Positions 16,568 through 24,317 of a stretch of DNA of 45,390 bases are shown here, in pieces. The notes under the pieces are model-generated. The model saw only the letters and a list, made by a program, of their open reading frames with translations, had not been told where the DNA came from and did no database searches. This DNA comes from an uncultured Pseudomonadales bacterium (GTDB lineage: Bacteria; Patescibacteriota; Microgenomatia; UBA1400; PJMF01), in assembly GCA_964554155.1 (NCBI GenBank), contig CAZKNL010000002.1, positions 11,629 through 57,018 on the forward strand, in the 5' to 3' direction. Each line of letters begins with the position of its first letter. Positions within the stretch are counted from its first letter, which is position 1. Position numbers and translations under genes: made by a program.

Positions 16568-17664
16568 AGTGATGCTGTGGCAGAAAAAGAATTTATAGTC
16601 TGAACAATATATTCTACCTCAGATTGGGTCAGCTCTGGATACAATGGAATACTAACAACTTGATCAGTAAATTTTTTGGTTCGGGGAAAGGATTCTTCCT
16701 TTTGGTTTTGGAAAGCTTTTTGCTCATTAATTGGAACTGGATAGTGAATAATGGAAGTAATACCCTTTTTTTGCAAATATTCCATAAAACGTTGACGTTC
16801 GGCTGTTTTTAGAACAAATAAGTGATAAGTGTGAAAGTTACCAGCTACCTCTGGAATAGTCGTCATTTTTTGAATATTCCGGTAGTAATAGTGAGCAATT
16901 TCTCGCCGTCGATGGATAGACTGATCAATCAATTTTAACTTCACTCGTAAAATAGCAGCTTGAAGCTCATCTAAACGACTATTGATACCTTGTTGATCGT
17001 GATAATACCGTATCCGTTGACCATAGTTACGGAGTTGGAGCAGTTTTTGGTAAATCTGTGAGTCATTTGTACTCACCGCTCCTCCATCACCATATGCCCC
17101 TAAGTTTTTGGTTGGGTAGAAAGAAAGAGCATTTACTTGGCCGAAACTACCAACTTTTCGACCTTTGTACTCAGCTCCAAAGGCTTGCGCGCAGTCTTCG
17201 ATCAATAAAAGGTTGTGTTTTTTGGCAATTTCTAGAATTTTGTTTAGATTAGCTGCTTGACCGTAAAGATGAACGGGGAGAATGGCTTTTGTTTTTGGAC
17301 TGATGTGCTTACTAATTTCAGCCGGATCAATCAAACCAGTTTCTTCATCAATATCAACCACAACTGCTTTTGCCCCGGATTGTTCGATGCCAGTGATAGT
17401 AGGAAAGGCAGTCATGTTAGTTGTAATGACTTCATCACCCTTACCAACTTTTACAGCCATTAAAGCTAAAGCAATTGCTTCAGTTCCATTTGCCACGGTC
17501 ACGCAGTACTTGGTACCAAGATAAGCAGCCAGCTCGGTTTCCAGTGCATCCACTTCTTTACCCAAGATGAACCAACCACTTTCTAAAACTCGATGAACTG
17601 CTTGGTCTATTTCTTGACGAAGCGTCGTGTACTCTCTTGTAAAGTCATTAAAAGGAATGTTCAT
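16564..17664 (-). CDS. DegT/DnrJ/EryC1/StrS-family PLP-dependent sugar aminotransferase (ArnB/WecE-like)
   Basis: GKEVDALETELAAYLG ... VANGTEAIALAL ... DCAQAFGA ... SFYPTKNLGAYGDGGA (PLP-lysine motif) ... RLDELQAAIL. Confidence 0.9.
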   Translation of the reverse strand: MNIPFNDFTREYTTLRQEIDQAVHRVLESGWFILGKEVDALETELAAYLGTKYCVTVANGTEAIALALMAVKVGKGDEVITTNMTAFPTITGIEQSGAKAVVVDIDEETGLIDPAEISKHISPKTKAILPVHLYGQAANLNKILEIAKKHNLLLIEDCAQAFGAEYKGRKVGSFGQVNALSFYPTKNLGAYGDGGAVSTNDSQIYQKLLQLRNYGQRIRYYHDQQGINSRLDELQAAILRVKLKLIDQSIHRRREIAHYYYRNIQKMTTIPEVAGNFHTYHLFVLKTAERQRFMEYLQKKGITSIIHYPVPINEQKAFQNQKEESFPRTKKFTDQVVSIPLYPELTQSEVEYIVQTINSFSATASL

Positions 17665-17666
17665 AT

Positions 17667-18218
17667 TTATTCTGTTTCAGTGTACTTTGCAGTAAATGCT
17701 TGCTGAAGTATGCCCATCTGAACTTCATCATAAAACTGACCATGTTGATAAATTTGCTCTTTTCGCAAACCCTCATGCTCAAAGCCGAACTTTTGATAGG
17801 AACTCACGGCAGCTTGATTATGAGAGAGAGAAGTCAAGTAAACTTTATGAAGTCTGAGGGTTTGAAATGCATATTCGCAAATTAAAAAAAGAGCTTCTTG
17901 GCCATATCCTTTTCCTCGGTAGGTACTCTCACTAATGACAATTGCCAACTCTGCATTTTGGTCTTGTGAGTCGATCTTTTTTAAACCAACTGATCCAATA
18001 TATTTTTGTTGTGTGTCACTAAGATCATAAAGTACAAAGTGTTTGTCTTTGCTGTCGTGATTCTCCATCTGTAATTGGACAAACTTCTTGATATCTGTGG
18101 AGCTGAGTTCTTTTTGAGTAAAACGAAAGTTATCTTTAATTTGGGGATCATGTACCCAAGCAAAGATTGCTTCCCAGTCATCTTTTCGAAAAGATCGCAA
18201 TCCAATACGTAGTTCCAT
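17667..18218 (-). CDS. GNAT-family N-acetyltransferase
   Basis: 183 aa. The acetyl-CoA motif A is AIVISESTYRGKGYGQEALFLICEYAF, and the C-terminal NQAAVSSYQKFGFEHEG is present. A GGAG Shine-Dalgarno lies 7 nt upstream. Confidence 0.8.
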   Translation of the reverse strand: MELRIGLRSFRKDDWEAIFAWVHDPQIKDNFRFTQKELSSTDIKKFVQLQMENHDSKDKHFVLYDLSDTQQKYIGSVGLKKIDSQDQNAELAIVISESTYRGKGYGQEALFLICEYAFQTLRLHKVYLTSLSHNQAAVSSYQKFGFEHEGLRKEQIYQHGQFYDEVQMGILQQAFTAKYTETE

Positions 18219-18239
18219 TTTTAGGCTCCACTACTCTAG

Positions 18240-19232
18240 TTACCAATAGTAATTTTTATACTTGGTATAGTACTCAATAGTCTTTTTTAATCCGCTCTGA
18301 AATGAAGTTTGGGGTTGCCAACCAATAGCTGTTTTAATTTTAGTGACATCTGAGTAAAAATCACCTGGTTCCTGTTTTTTTCTCTCCTCGGAGAACGGAG
18401 TAAGTTTATACTGGCCCTTGCCATAGGTAGAGATAATTTCTTCAATGATCTGCTTGAATGTCCAGGGGTGGTCATCACCAATGTTATAGATTTGTCCAGA
18501 ACATTCTGAATGAAGAGGAAGTTCCATCAGTGCACGAACACAGTCATCAATATACACTAAGTCTCTTTTGATTGATCCATCACCAAAAAGTGAGATGGTT
18601 TCATCGTCGATAGCTTGGCGAATGAACCAATTGATTACCCCGTATTTATTGCTTTTCATTTGGGCTCTAGGGCCATAGATGTTTGTTAAACGGGTCAAGA
18701 CTGATTGGATGCCATGTTGTCGAAAGTAAATTGTGAACATTTTTTCAGCAGTTAGGTTTGTCAGTTCGTAGATACCTTTTGGATCTAAGTGTTCATCCTC
18801 ATTGACTGGTAATTTGGTAGTAGAGCCATATTGACCTCGAGTGCCAGTGAAAACAATCTTAGCTGCAGGGTTGTGCATTCGGCAGGACTCTAAAAGAATA
18901 GTAGTTCCCGTAATGTTGTAATCAATGTCATGATAGGGATTGGTCAAACTTAAAACATGACTGACTTGCCCAGCAAGATGGAAGATATAGTCCTTGCCCC
19001 GAACAAGATACTCCATCGCGTTTTTGTCAGTGATGTCACTAAAGTTGATATGAACCTTTTTCTTAATTGGTTCAATGTTAAAGAGATTTCCTCCATAATC
19101 TGGAATCATTGAGTCTGCAATGGTAACCTCAGCCCCGTGTTTAACTAACGCGATTGCTAGATTACTACCGATGAAGCCCAACCCACCAGTAATTAAGACT
19201 TTCTTATTGTTATAATCAACTAAATGAGTCAT
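18240..19232 (-). CDS. NAD-dependent sugar epimerase/dehydratase (extended SDR), atypical active-site motif
   Basis: KVLITGGLGFIGSNL Rossmann motif, then FTGTRGQYG, then IYELTNLTAEK where YxxxK is expected. It heads the aminosugar operon. Confidence 0.8.
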   Translation of the reverse strand: MTHLVDYNNKKVLITGGLGFIGSNLAIALVKHGAEVTIADSMIPDYGGNLFNIEPIKKKVHINFSDITDKNAMEYLVRGKDYIFHLAGQVSHVLSLTNPYHDIDYNITGTTILLESCRMHNPAAKIVFTGTRGQYGSTTKLPVNEDEHLDPKGIYELTNLTAEKMFTIYFRQHGIQSVLTRLTNIYGPRAQMKSNKYGVINWFIRQAIDDETISLFGDGSIKRDLVYIDDCVRALMELPLHSECSGQIYNIGDDHPWTFKQIIEEIISTYGKGQYKLTPFSEERKKQEPGDFYSDVTKIKTAIGWQPQTSFQSGLKKTIEYYTKYKNYYW

Positions 19233-19243
19233 GAATGTGCTTC

Positions 19244-19252
19244 ATTTTAGCA
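19244..19252 (-). promoter_or_regulatory. Extended -10-like element TGCTAAAAT, 11 nt upstream of ATG 19232
   Basis: The reverse complement of ATTTTAGCA. It heads the aminosugar operon. Confidence 0.4.
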
Positions 19253-19287
19253 TTGAAGTCCAGAAATGACATAAGTCGAGAATACTA

Positions 19288-21237
19288 GTGAAATTGACCA
19301 GACAACTTTCCCATCGTTTTTACTTATGGACTTTAGGAGTTATTTTTTTGGCCAGTTTTTTGTTTTTCAACTTTGATTATCGATATATTGATGACTATCG
19401 GCTCTTCTTGCATAATGACACGTTCCAAGGCTTTTTGGAAAGTTATAAATGGGGATTCTCTCGAATTGTGGGGAATTATTTTTTTGGGTTGTTGTACTTA
19501 CCTCAAAATAACATATTTCTGAACGTTTCAGTTCTAGTCTGTCATTTTTTGAATGGTTGGTTAATTTCCAAGATTCTTCTATCAAAGGGATCAAAAACAA
19601 TTGCCTACTTGTGTGGACTGCTTTTCATCTCTTTACCAATGACATCTGAGGCCTTTTTTTGGGGAATTGCGGGGCAAGTCGTTTTTGCGATGTTTTTCTT
19701 TTTGTTAGGGGTTAACTATTACTTAAGTCACCAAGAAAAAATTAACTTAAGGAATGGAATTTTATTAACAGCTTTGTTTGCTCTCAGTATTAGTTTCTAT
19801 GAAGTCTTTCTGCTCTTTTCTTTTTTGTTTCTTTTACTTTGTCTGTGGAGAAGAAAAAATGTCTTATTTGGTTTCATTTTAAGTCTTGTCAGTGCGTGTT
19901 ACCTGGCTGGGATGAAGCTGTATGTATTATTAGCAGGTGGTACCTTTACTACTCAACTCAAAACTACTCCAATTACAATATCAGCTATCCCGCACAGAGT
20001 CTTGCAAATTTTTAAAGATGTGATTAATGTATTTGTAGGCAAAGTTTCTCTAGAAATCTATAAAGGTTCTTTCCATGATTTCTTTCATGGCAGTATCCCT
20101 TGGCAATTGTGGATAGTTTTGGGACTATTTTTAGTGGTAGCTTTTGTCGATATTTGGTTTTTTTATATTCCCCAAAAAACAACAAAAAAGTCTGATCGTG
20201 TTATTTTTTCAATTGCTGTTTTAGTGGGGCTTTCGTTGTCAGCCTTACTAACAATTCCCGCAAACTACTTTCATGATTTAAGAACATTTTATCCATTCAC
20301 GCTGTGTCTAGTTTTAGGCATTGCTGAGCACCTTCGTCTAACTTCTAGAAATCCACAGATACTAAAGCTCCACTTGAGTGCAATTGTTGTTCTTATTGCT
20401 TTAAATATTCTGGTTTTACGGGTAGAAAACTCACATTACTCTAGTCTCTATCAAATAGATTGGCCGTTTATTCAAACCCTAGAAAAAAATTACACACAAG
20501 GAAAAACAACAATCGTTTTTCTTCCAGGCTATAACAGCACCCAACCTTTAGAAACTCAAATGAATCTTGCCTACTATCCTGAATCGAACTTTATTTATGG
20601 AACTCACTTACTGTCAGTCATTTCGATTCGGTTTACACGCACTCCATATATTATTTTGGGTTCACACAATCAGATTCAATCATATGTGAGTAAGAACAAA
20701 GGAGATTATCTTGTTTATGATTTTGCTAAAAGGCAAATGATGCCTGTCACTGAGTTCTTATCGCCGATAGATACTTCGCAGATTGATTTGACTTCTCTGA
20801 GTGAAGACCGCTATCTATTTCGTGATATGGACGAAAATATTCGTAAAATAGAGGGTGCTGTTATCTTTGATAGAAAGCTCTACAAAACTTTCGTTACTCA
20901 CCCGAATTGCAGTGATAAGCCCGCTACATTAACTGTAACTGTTCCTTTAACAAACTCTCGTTGTCAGCTTACATTTAGACTCTTGAATATTCAAGATACA
21001 GAAGGCCGAACAACTTCAGATGGAACTCAAGTGCAAGTTATTATAAATGGAAATGAAGTTGATTCAATGACACTCAAGCCAGTCGATCCCGAACAATCAA
21101 AAAAACTTTATCATTATGCTGTGCCAGGATTAGCGAACCAAACTGCAGAAATTAAGTTTGTAGTCACAGATGGTGGACGAAAAAACTGTAACGACGACAA
21201 GATTTTTATTGCTGAACCATTGCTGAATTGTCGTTAG
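19288..21237 (+). CDS. Polytopic membrane protein (possible GT-C-like) with about 150-aa C-terminal beta-rich, Cys-containing extracytoplasmic domain
   Basis: There are about 11 TM helices in the first 390 aa or so. An acidic first-loop motif YRYIDDYRLF is present. The C-terminus is rich in T/V/N beta-strand patterns and has four Cys. The first codon is GTG (19288), and the start is uncertain. Confidence 0.5.
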   Translation: MKLTRQLSHRFYLWTLGVIFLASFLFFNFDYRYIDDYRLFLHNDTFQGFLESYKWGFSRIVGNYFFGLLYLPQNNIFLNVSVLVCHFLNGWLISKILLSKGSKTIAYLCGLLFISLPMTSEAFFWGIAGQVVFAMFFFLLGVNYYLSHQEKINLRNGILLTALFALSISFYEVFLLFSFLFLLLCLWRRKNVLFGFILSLVSACYLAGMKLYVLLAGGTFTTQLKTTPITISAIPHRVLQIFKDVINVFVGKVSLEIYKGSFHDFFHGSIPWQLWIVLGLFLVVAFVDIWFFYIPQKTTKKSDRVIFSIAVLVGLSLSALLTIPANYFHDLRTFYPFTLCLVLGIAEHLRLTSRNPQILKLHLSAIVVLIALNILVLRVENSHYSSLYQIDWPFIQTLEKNYTQGKTTIVFLPGYNSTQPLETQMNLAYYPESNFIYGTHLLSVISIRFTRTPYIILGSHNQIQSYVSKNKGDYLVYDFAKRQMMPVTEFLSPIDTSQIDLTSLSEDRYLFRDMDENIRKIEGAVIFDRKLYKTFVTHPNCSDKPATLTVTVPLTNSRCQLTFRLLNIQDTEGRTTSDGTQVQVIINGNEVDSMTLKPVDPEQSKKLYHYAVPGLANQTAEIKFVVTDGGRKNCNDDKIFIAEPLLNCR

Positions 21238-21258
21238 TTCATGGAAGTAAAGTGAGTA

Positions 21259-22155
21259 TCAAAAATAGGCTTTGACAAACCCATTGAAGTTACGAGCCCG
21301 TTCAAGCAAAATAGCTAACCAATACTTCTGCCAGACTCCTTTTGGATAAGAACCCATACAAATTCTCCACCAGTTTAACAGATCTCTTTGTGTTTTAAAG
21401 TTTTTCCATTTTCCAGAGGTAGTGTGCTTGTGGTGGTAGACAACTGCGTTATTTGCTAAGACGCAGTACATCCCTAGTTTTCTGGCTCTCAAAGCGAGGT
21501 CAACATCTTCTAAGTAAGCAAAAAAACTGGTTCTAAATGCATTCGTTTTATTTAATAAATTTCGAGTATAAAGACAAGCAGCGGCATCAGGTCCAAAAGG
21601 CTCAGCGAAGAAGTATTTATCAGAGGAGTCAAAAAAGTGAGTGTTATTTAACCAGTGATCTTTGACTGATTCATTTGGAAATACTTCATTCTTTGGATTA
21701 GTCTCTAAAGCTGTTGCCTTCCCCCGCCACCAAAAAGTGAATCCCTTTGAATCAATTTTTTTGCTATTCGATAACAGAATTGTACTTGCCACCATATCAG
21801 CACCAGTTTGCTGTTGTGTCAACACAAGTTGCTCTAAGCAAGATCTATCAAGTGTGGTGTCATCATTTAAACAAAACACGAGTTCACCTGTACTTACTTC
21901 AAAGCCTTTATTCATCGCTTCAGCAAAACCTTTATTCGTCCCCAACCAAATCCAGTCAAGAACAAAAGGTAACTGAGCTTTTTGATACGATTGAAAAAAA
22001 CTGGTGTGTGCTGGAGTTTGCTTGGTATTACAAACTATGTAGACATGAACACGCAAATTTTCATGATCAGCTTTGCTGATGCTGTTGAGACATTCTTTGA
22101 GAACTTGGTACTGAGTCAGCAATGTCGGAATAATAATATCAACGGTAGTCTTCAT
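21259..22155 (-). CDS. GT2 glycosyltransferase (WbbL/rhamnosyltransferase-like subgroup)
   Basis: VDIIIPTLL ... CLNDDTTL ... AYLEDVDLALRARKLGM. The start at ATG 22155 forms an ATGA overlap with the stop of the upstream epimerase. Confidence 0.8.
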   Translation of the reverse strand: MKTTVDIIIPTLLTQYQVLKECLNSISKADHENLRVHVYIVCNTKQTPAHTSFFQSYQKAQLPFVLDWIWLGTNKGFAEAMNKGFEVSTGELVFCLNDDTTLDRSCLEQLVLTQQQTGADMVASTILLSNSKKIDSKGFTFWWRGKATALETNPKNEVFPNESVKDHWLNNTHFFDSSDKYFFAEPFGPDAAACLYTRNLLNKTNAFRTSFFAYLEDVDLALRARKLGMYCVLANNAVVYHHKHTTSGKWKNFKTQRDLLNWWRICMGSYPKGVWQKYWLAILLERARNFNGFVKAYF

Positions 22156-23069
22156 GGTGAGTTTTTTTGCAGGAAGTATTGAACTGTGTACTGTAGACCT
22201 GTTGATAGATTTACTTGTGCTTGCCAATCGATGACTTCTTTCGCTTTAGACGGGTCAGCTGTTAACACTAAAGGGTCACCAGGACGCTCTGGATAATTTT
22301 TAATATGTGCTGGTTTACCAATTAATTTTTCTAGCATCAGGATCACGTCTCGAACTGATACTGGTTGGTTAGTTGCAAGGTTCAAGTAGTGATAGCGATG
22401 TGGTTGCTTTAGAGCGAGCTCAAGTGCTTTTAGGTGTGCATTTACCACATCCGAAATATAAATATAGTCACGCAAATGTTGGCCGTTTCCCCAGACAGTG
22501 ACTTCTTGGTCATGAAGAACTTGCTCAATGAAACGAGGAATGGCGTGGCTTTCAGGCTGATGATGTTCTTCTGGTCCGTATAGATTAAAGTAGCGGAGTC
22601 CAATCCCAGTCATGTTGTACGAAGCCACATACGAACTGACTAAGCCTTCCATTGCCAGTTTTGTCATCCCATAGGGATTAATTGGCAGCGTCCGATCATC
22701 TTCTTTGATAGGAGTATGAAGAGGATTTCCATAAACTGCTGCACTTGAAGAAAAAATAAAAGTAGGGACATGATTCAACCTCATTGCTTCTAAAATTGAG
22801 ACAGTTCCTGAAATATTTACATCAACAAATTTTTGTGGGAACTTGACTGACTCGCCAGCTTCAATTAAGGCAGCTAAATGAAAAACAACTTCAGCATCGC
22901 GAATCTCAGCGTTCATTTTTTCAGTGTCACAAATATCAGCAATGACTGTCTCAAACTCTGGGTTGGGTTGAAGATCAATATTTTTTAGTTGGTGACCAGC
23001 AGCTTTCAACGCTCTGCACAGATGACGTCCTAAAAATCCAGAGCCACCTGTCACAATAATATTTGCCAT
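22152..23069 (-). CDS. NAD-dependent nucleotide-sugar epimerase (GalE-like extended SDR)
   Basis: IIVTGGSGFLGRHL, SSSAAVYG and the canonical NPYGMTKLAME (YxxxK). Confidence 0.8.
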   Translation of the reverse strand: MANIIVTGGSGFLGRHLCRALKAAGHQLKNIDLQPNPEFETVIADICDTEKMNAEIRDAEVVFHLAALIEAGESVKFPQKFVDVNISGTVSILEAMRLNHVPTFIFSSSAAVYGNPLHTPIKEDDRTLPINPYGMTKLAMEGLVSSYVASYNMTGIGLRYFNLYGPEEHHQPESHAIPRFIEQVLHDQEVTVWGNGQHLRDYIYISDVVNAHLKALELALKQPHRYHYLNLATNQPVSVRDVILMLEKLIGKPAHIKNYPERPGDPLVLTADPSKAKEVIDWQAQVNLSTGLQYTVQYFLQKNSP

Positions 23070-23076
23070 CTCACTC

Positions 23077-24312
23077 CTAACTTAACCAGTATCCTTGTAC
23101 AAATAAAACTGTATTTATTACCAGACTGATACTAAAGACTGTAATGATACCCCATTTTAGCTTGGGGTGTTTGGTTGTCTCATCTATGAATAATAAGTAT
23201 AAAGGGAAACAAACCAGTAGATATCTTGGCATGCTGGAGAAGGTACCAGTCAGTGTTGGTAAAAAGAACGCTCCTAAACCAAATAAAACATAAGATAAGC
23301 GAACGGATCGAGCTGACCAGAGAAGTCCTAGTAAACCCAACCCTCCAGCTAGAAACTCAAGGATTGATGTGTAGTATCTCCAACTGAAGGGATTCGTGGT
23401 GAACAGAATCTTCAAGGCTCTCCACAGAACCTGTGGATATACCACTAAACTTTCTTGTCTTCCGGCCCCGAACTGAGTTTGTACATGAAGAAAATACAGT
23501 GGATCATGAAAATCTTTCGTCAAGTAAAGCATATAGGCTATTAACCCCGACATCCCAATGAGAATCAGAAGTAACGCCTTCCACTCAGATTTTATCCATT
23601 CTGATAGTTGCTGAGAAAAAGGTGCTTTGAGCGTTTTGGCTAATTGTTCAGCTCGCCACTGCAACCATGATTCAATCACCAATGCAGGAAAAAGAAACGC
23701 TCCAACTATTCGAGTGGCTGTGGCAACCATCATCCAGAGTGAAGTTACCCACCAGGACTTATTTTTGGCAGCCCAAAAAGCGGCAATGACTGCCAGAAAA
23801 AACAGCGACTCAGTATATAAAGCGCCAAAAAATAATGCCGTTGGAAAGCTCAACAGCAAAAGTGTGCCGTACCATGCTTGCGTAGATTTCAAAAAACTTT
23901 TCAAAAAACCATACCAAGTAATTAAGCTGGCTAGCGCAAATGTATTTGTTACGAATAAACCTTCTAAAAGAAGATTGAGATGATGGTCAGTCAATAAGAA
24001 GAGAGTTCTCAAAACAACAAATGGCAGCATCGGGAAAAAAGCCTGAATCAAACCTGTTCCAAGATACCCTTTTTCAGCAATAGTTAAGTAATGAACACCA
24101 TCAAAGTTTGCCCAACTATACAGCCATCGAGGTAGATGATATTGCTCCGAGAGAGTATCTGCATATGGAAAGCTTGGAGCATATTTCAAAAAGTGATCTG
24201 CTACTCCACCAACGGTAAATAAAGCGATTCGCCAAACAAGAAAGAGTAAAACTAATTGAATAACCTCACTTTTAGTAATTCTCAGAGCAATTTGTTTTGA
24301 GTAGAAAGTCAT
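23077..24312 (-). CDS. GT-C-like membrane mannosyltransferase, PIG-V (Mannosyl_trans2)-like
   Basis: 411 aa and polytopic. The loop motif WANFDGVHYLTIAEKGYLGTGLIQAFFPMLP matches the W..WD..hY..IA..GY...aFfP signature of PIG-V-type proteins. Confidence 0.55.
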   Translation of the reverse strand: MTFYSKQIALRITKSEVIQLVLLFLVWRIALFTVGGVADHFLKYAPSFPYADTLSEQYHLPRWLYSWANFDGVHYLTIAEKGYLGTGLIQAFFPMLPFVVLRTLFLLTDHHLNLLLEGLFVTNTFALASLITWYGFLKSFLKSTQAWYGTLLLLSFPTALFFGALYTESLFFLAVIAAFWAAKNKSWWVTSLWMMVATATRIVGAFLFPALVIESWLQWRAEQLAKTLKAPFSQQLSEWIKSEWKALLLILIGMSGLIAYMLYLTKDFHDPLYFLHVQTQFGAGRQESLVVYPQVLWRALKILFTTNPFSWRYYTSILEFLAGGLGLLGLLWSARSVRLSYVLFGLGAFFLPTLTGTFSSMPRYLLVCFPLYLLFIDETTKHPKLKWGIITVFSISLVINTVLFVQGYWLS

Positions 24313-24317
24313 AAGAT

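Noticed and set aside
23627-23983. A 118-aa antisense ORF inside the PIG-V-like gene. Similar antisense or shadow ORFs occur at 915-1097, 1729-1917, 3304-3552, 3658-3975, 21662-22182, 24423-24650, 24784-25131, 28421-28756, 29079-29270, 30082-30822, 35320-35813, 36085-36463, 36910-37221, 41701-42152, 43565-43864, 44142-44459 and 44718-44990.
   Set aside because: All are nested in or antisense to long ORFs that have strong family motifs. Their products are compositionally odd (rich in S, R, C and K), and there are no intergenic signals for them. They look like typical shadow ORFs.
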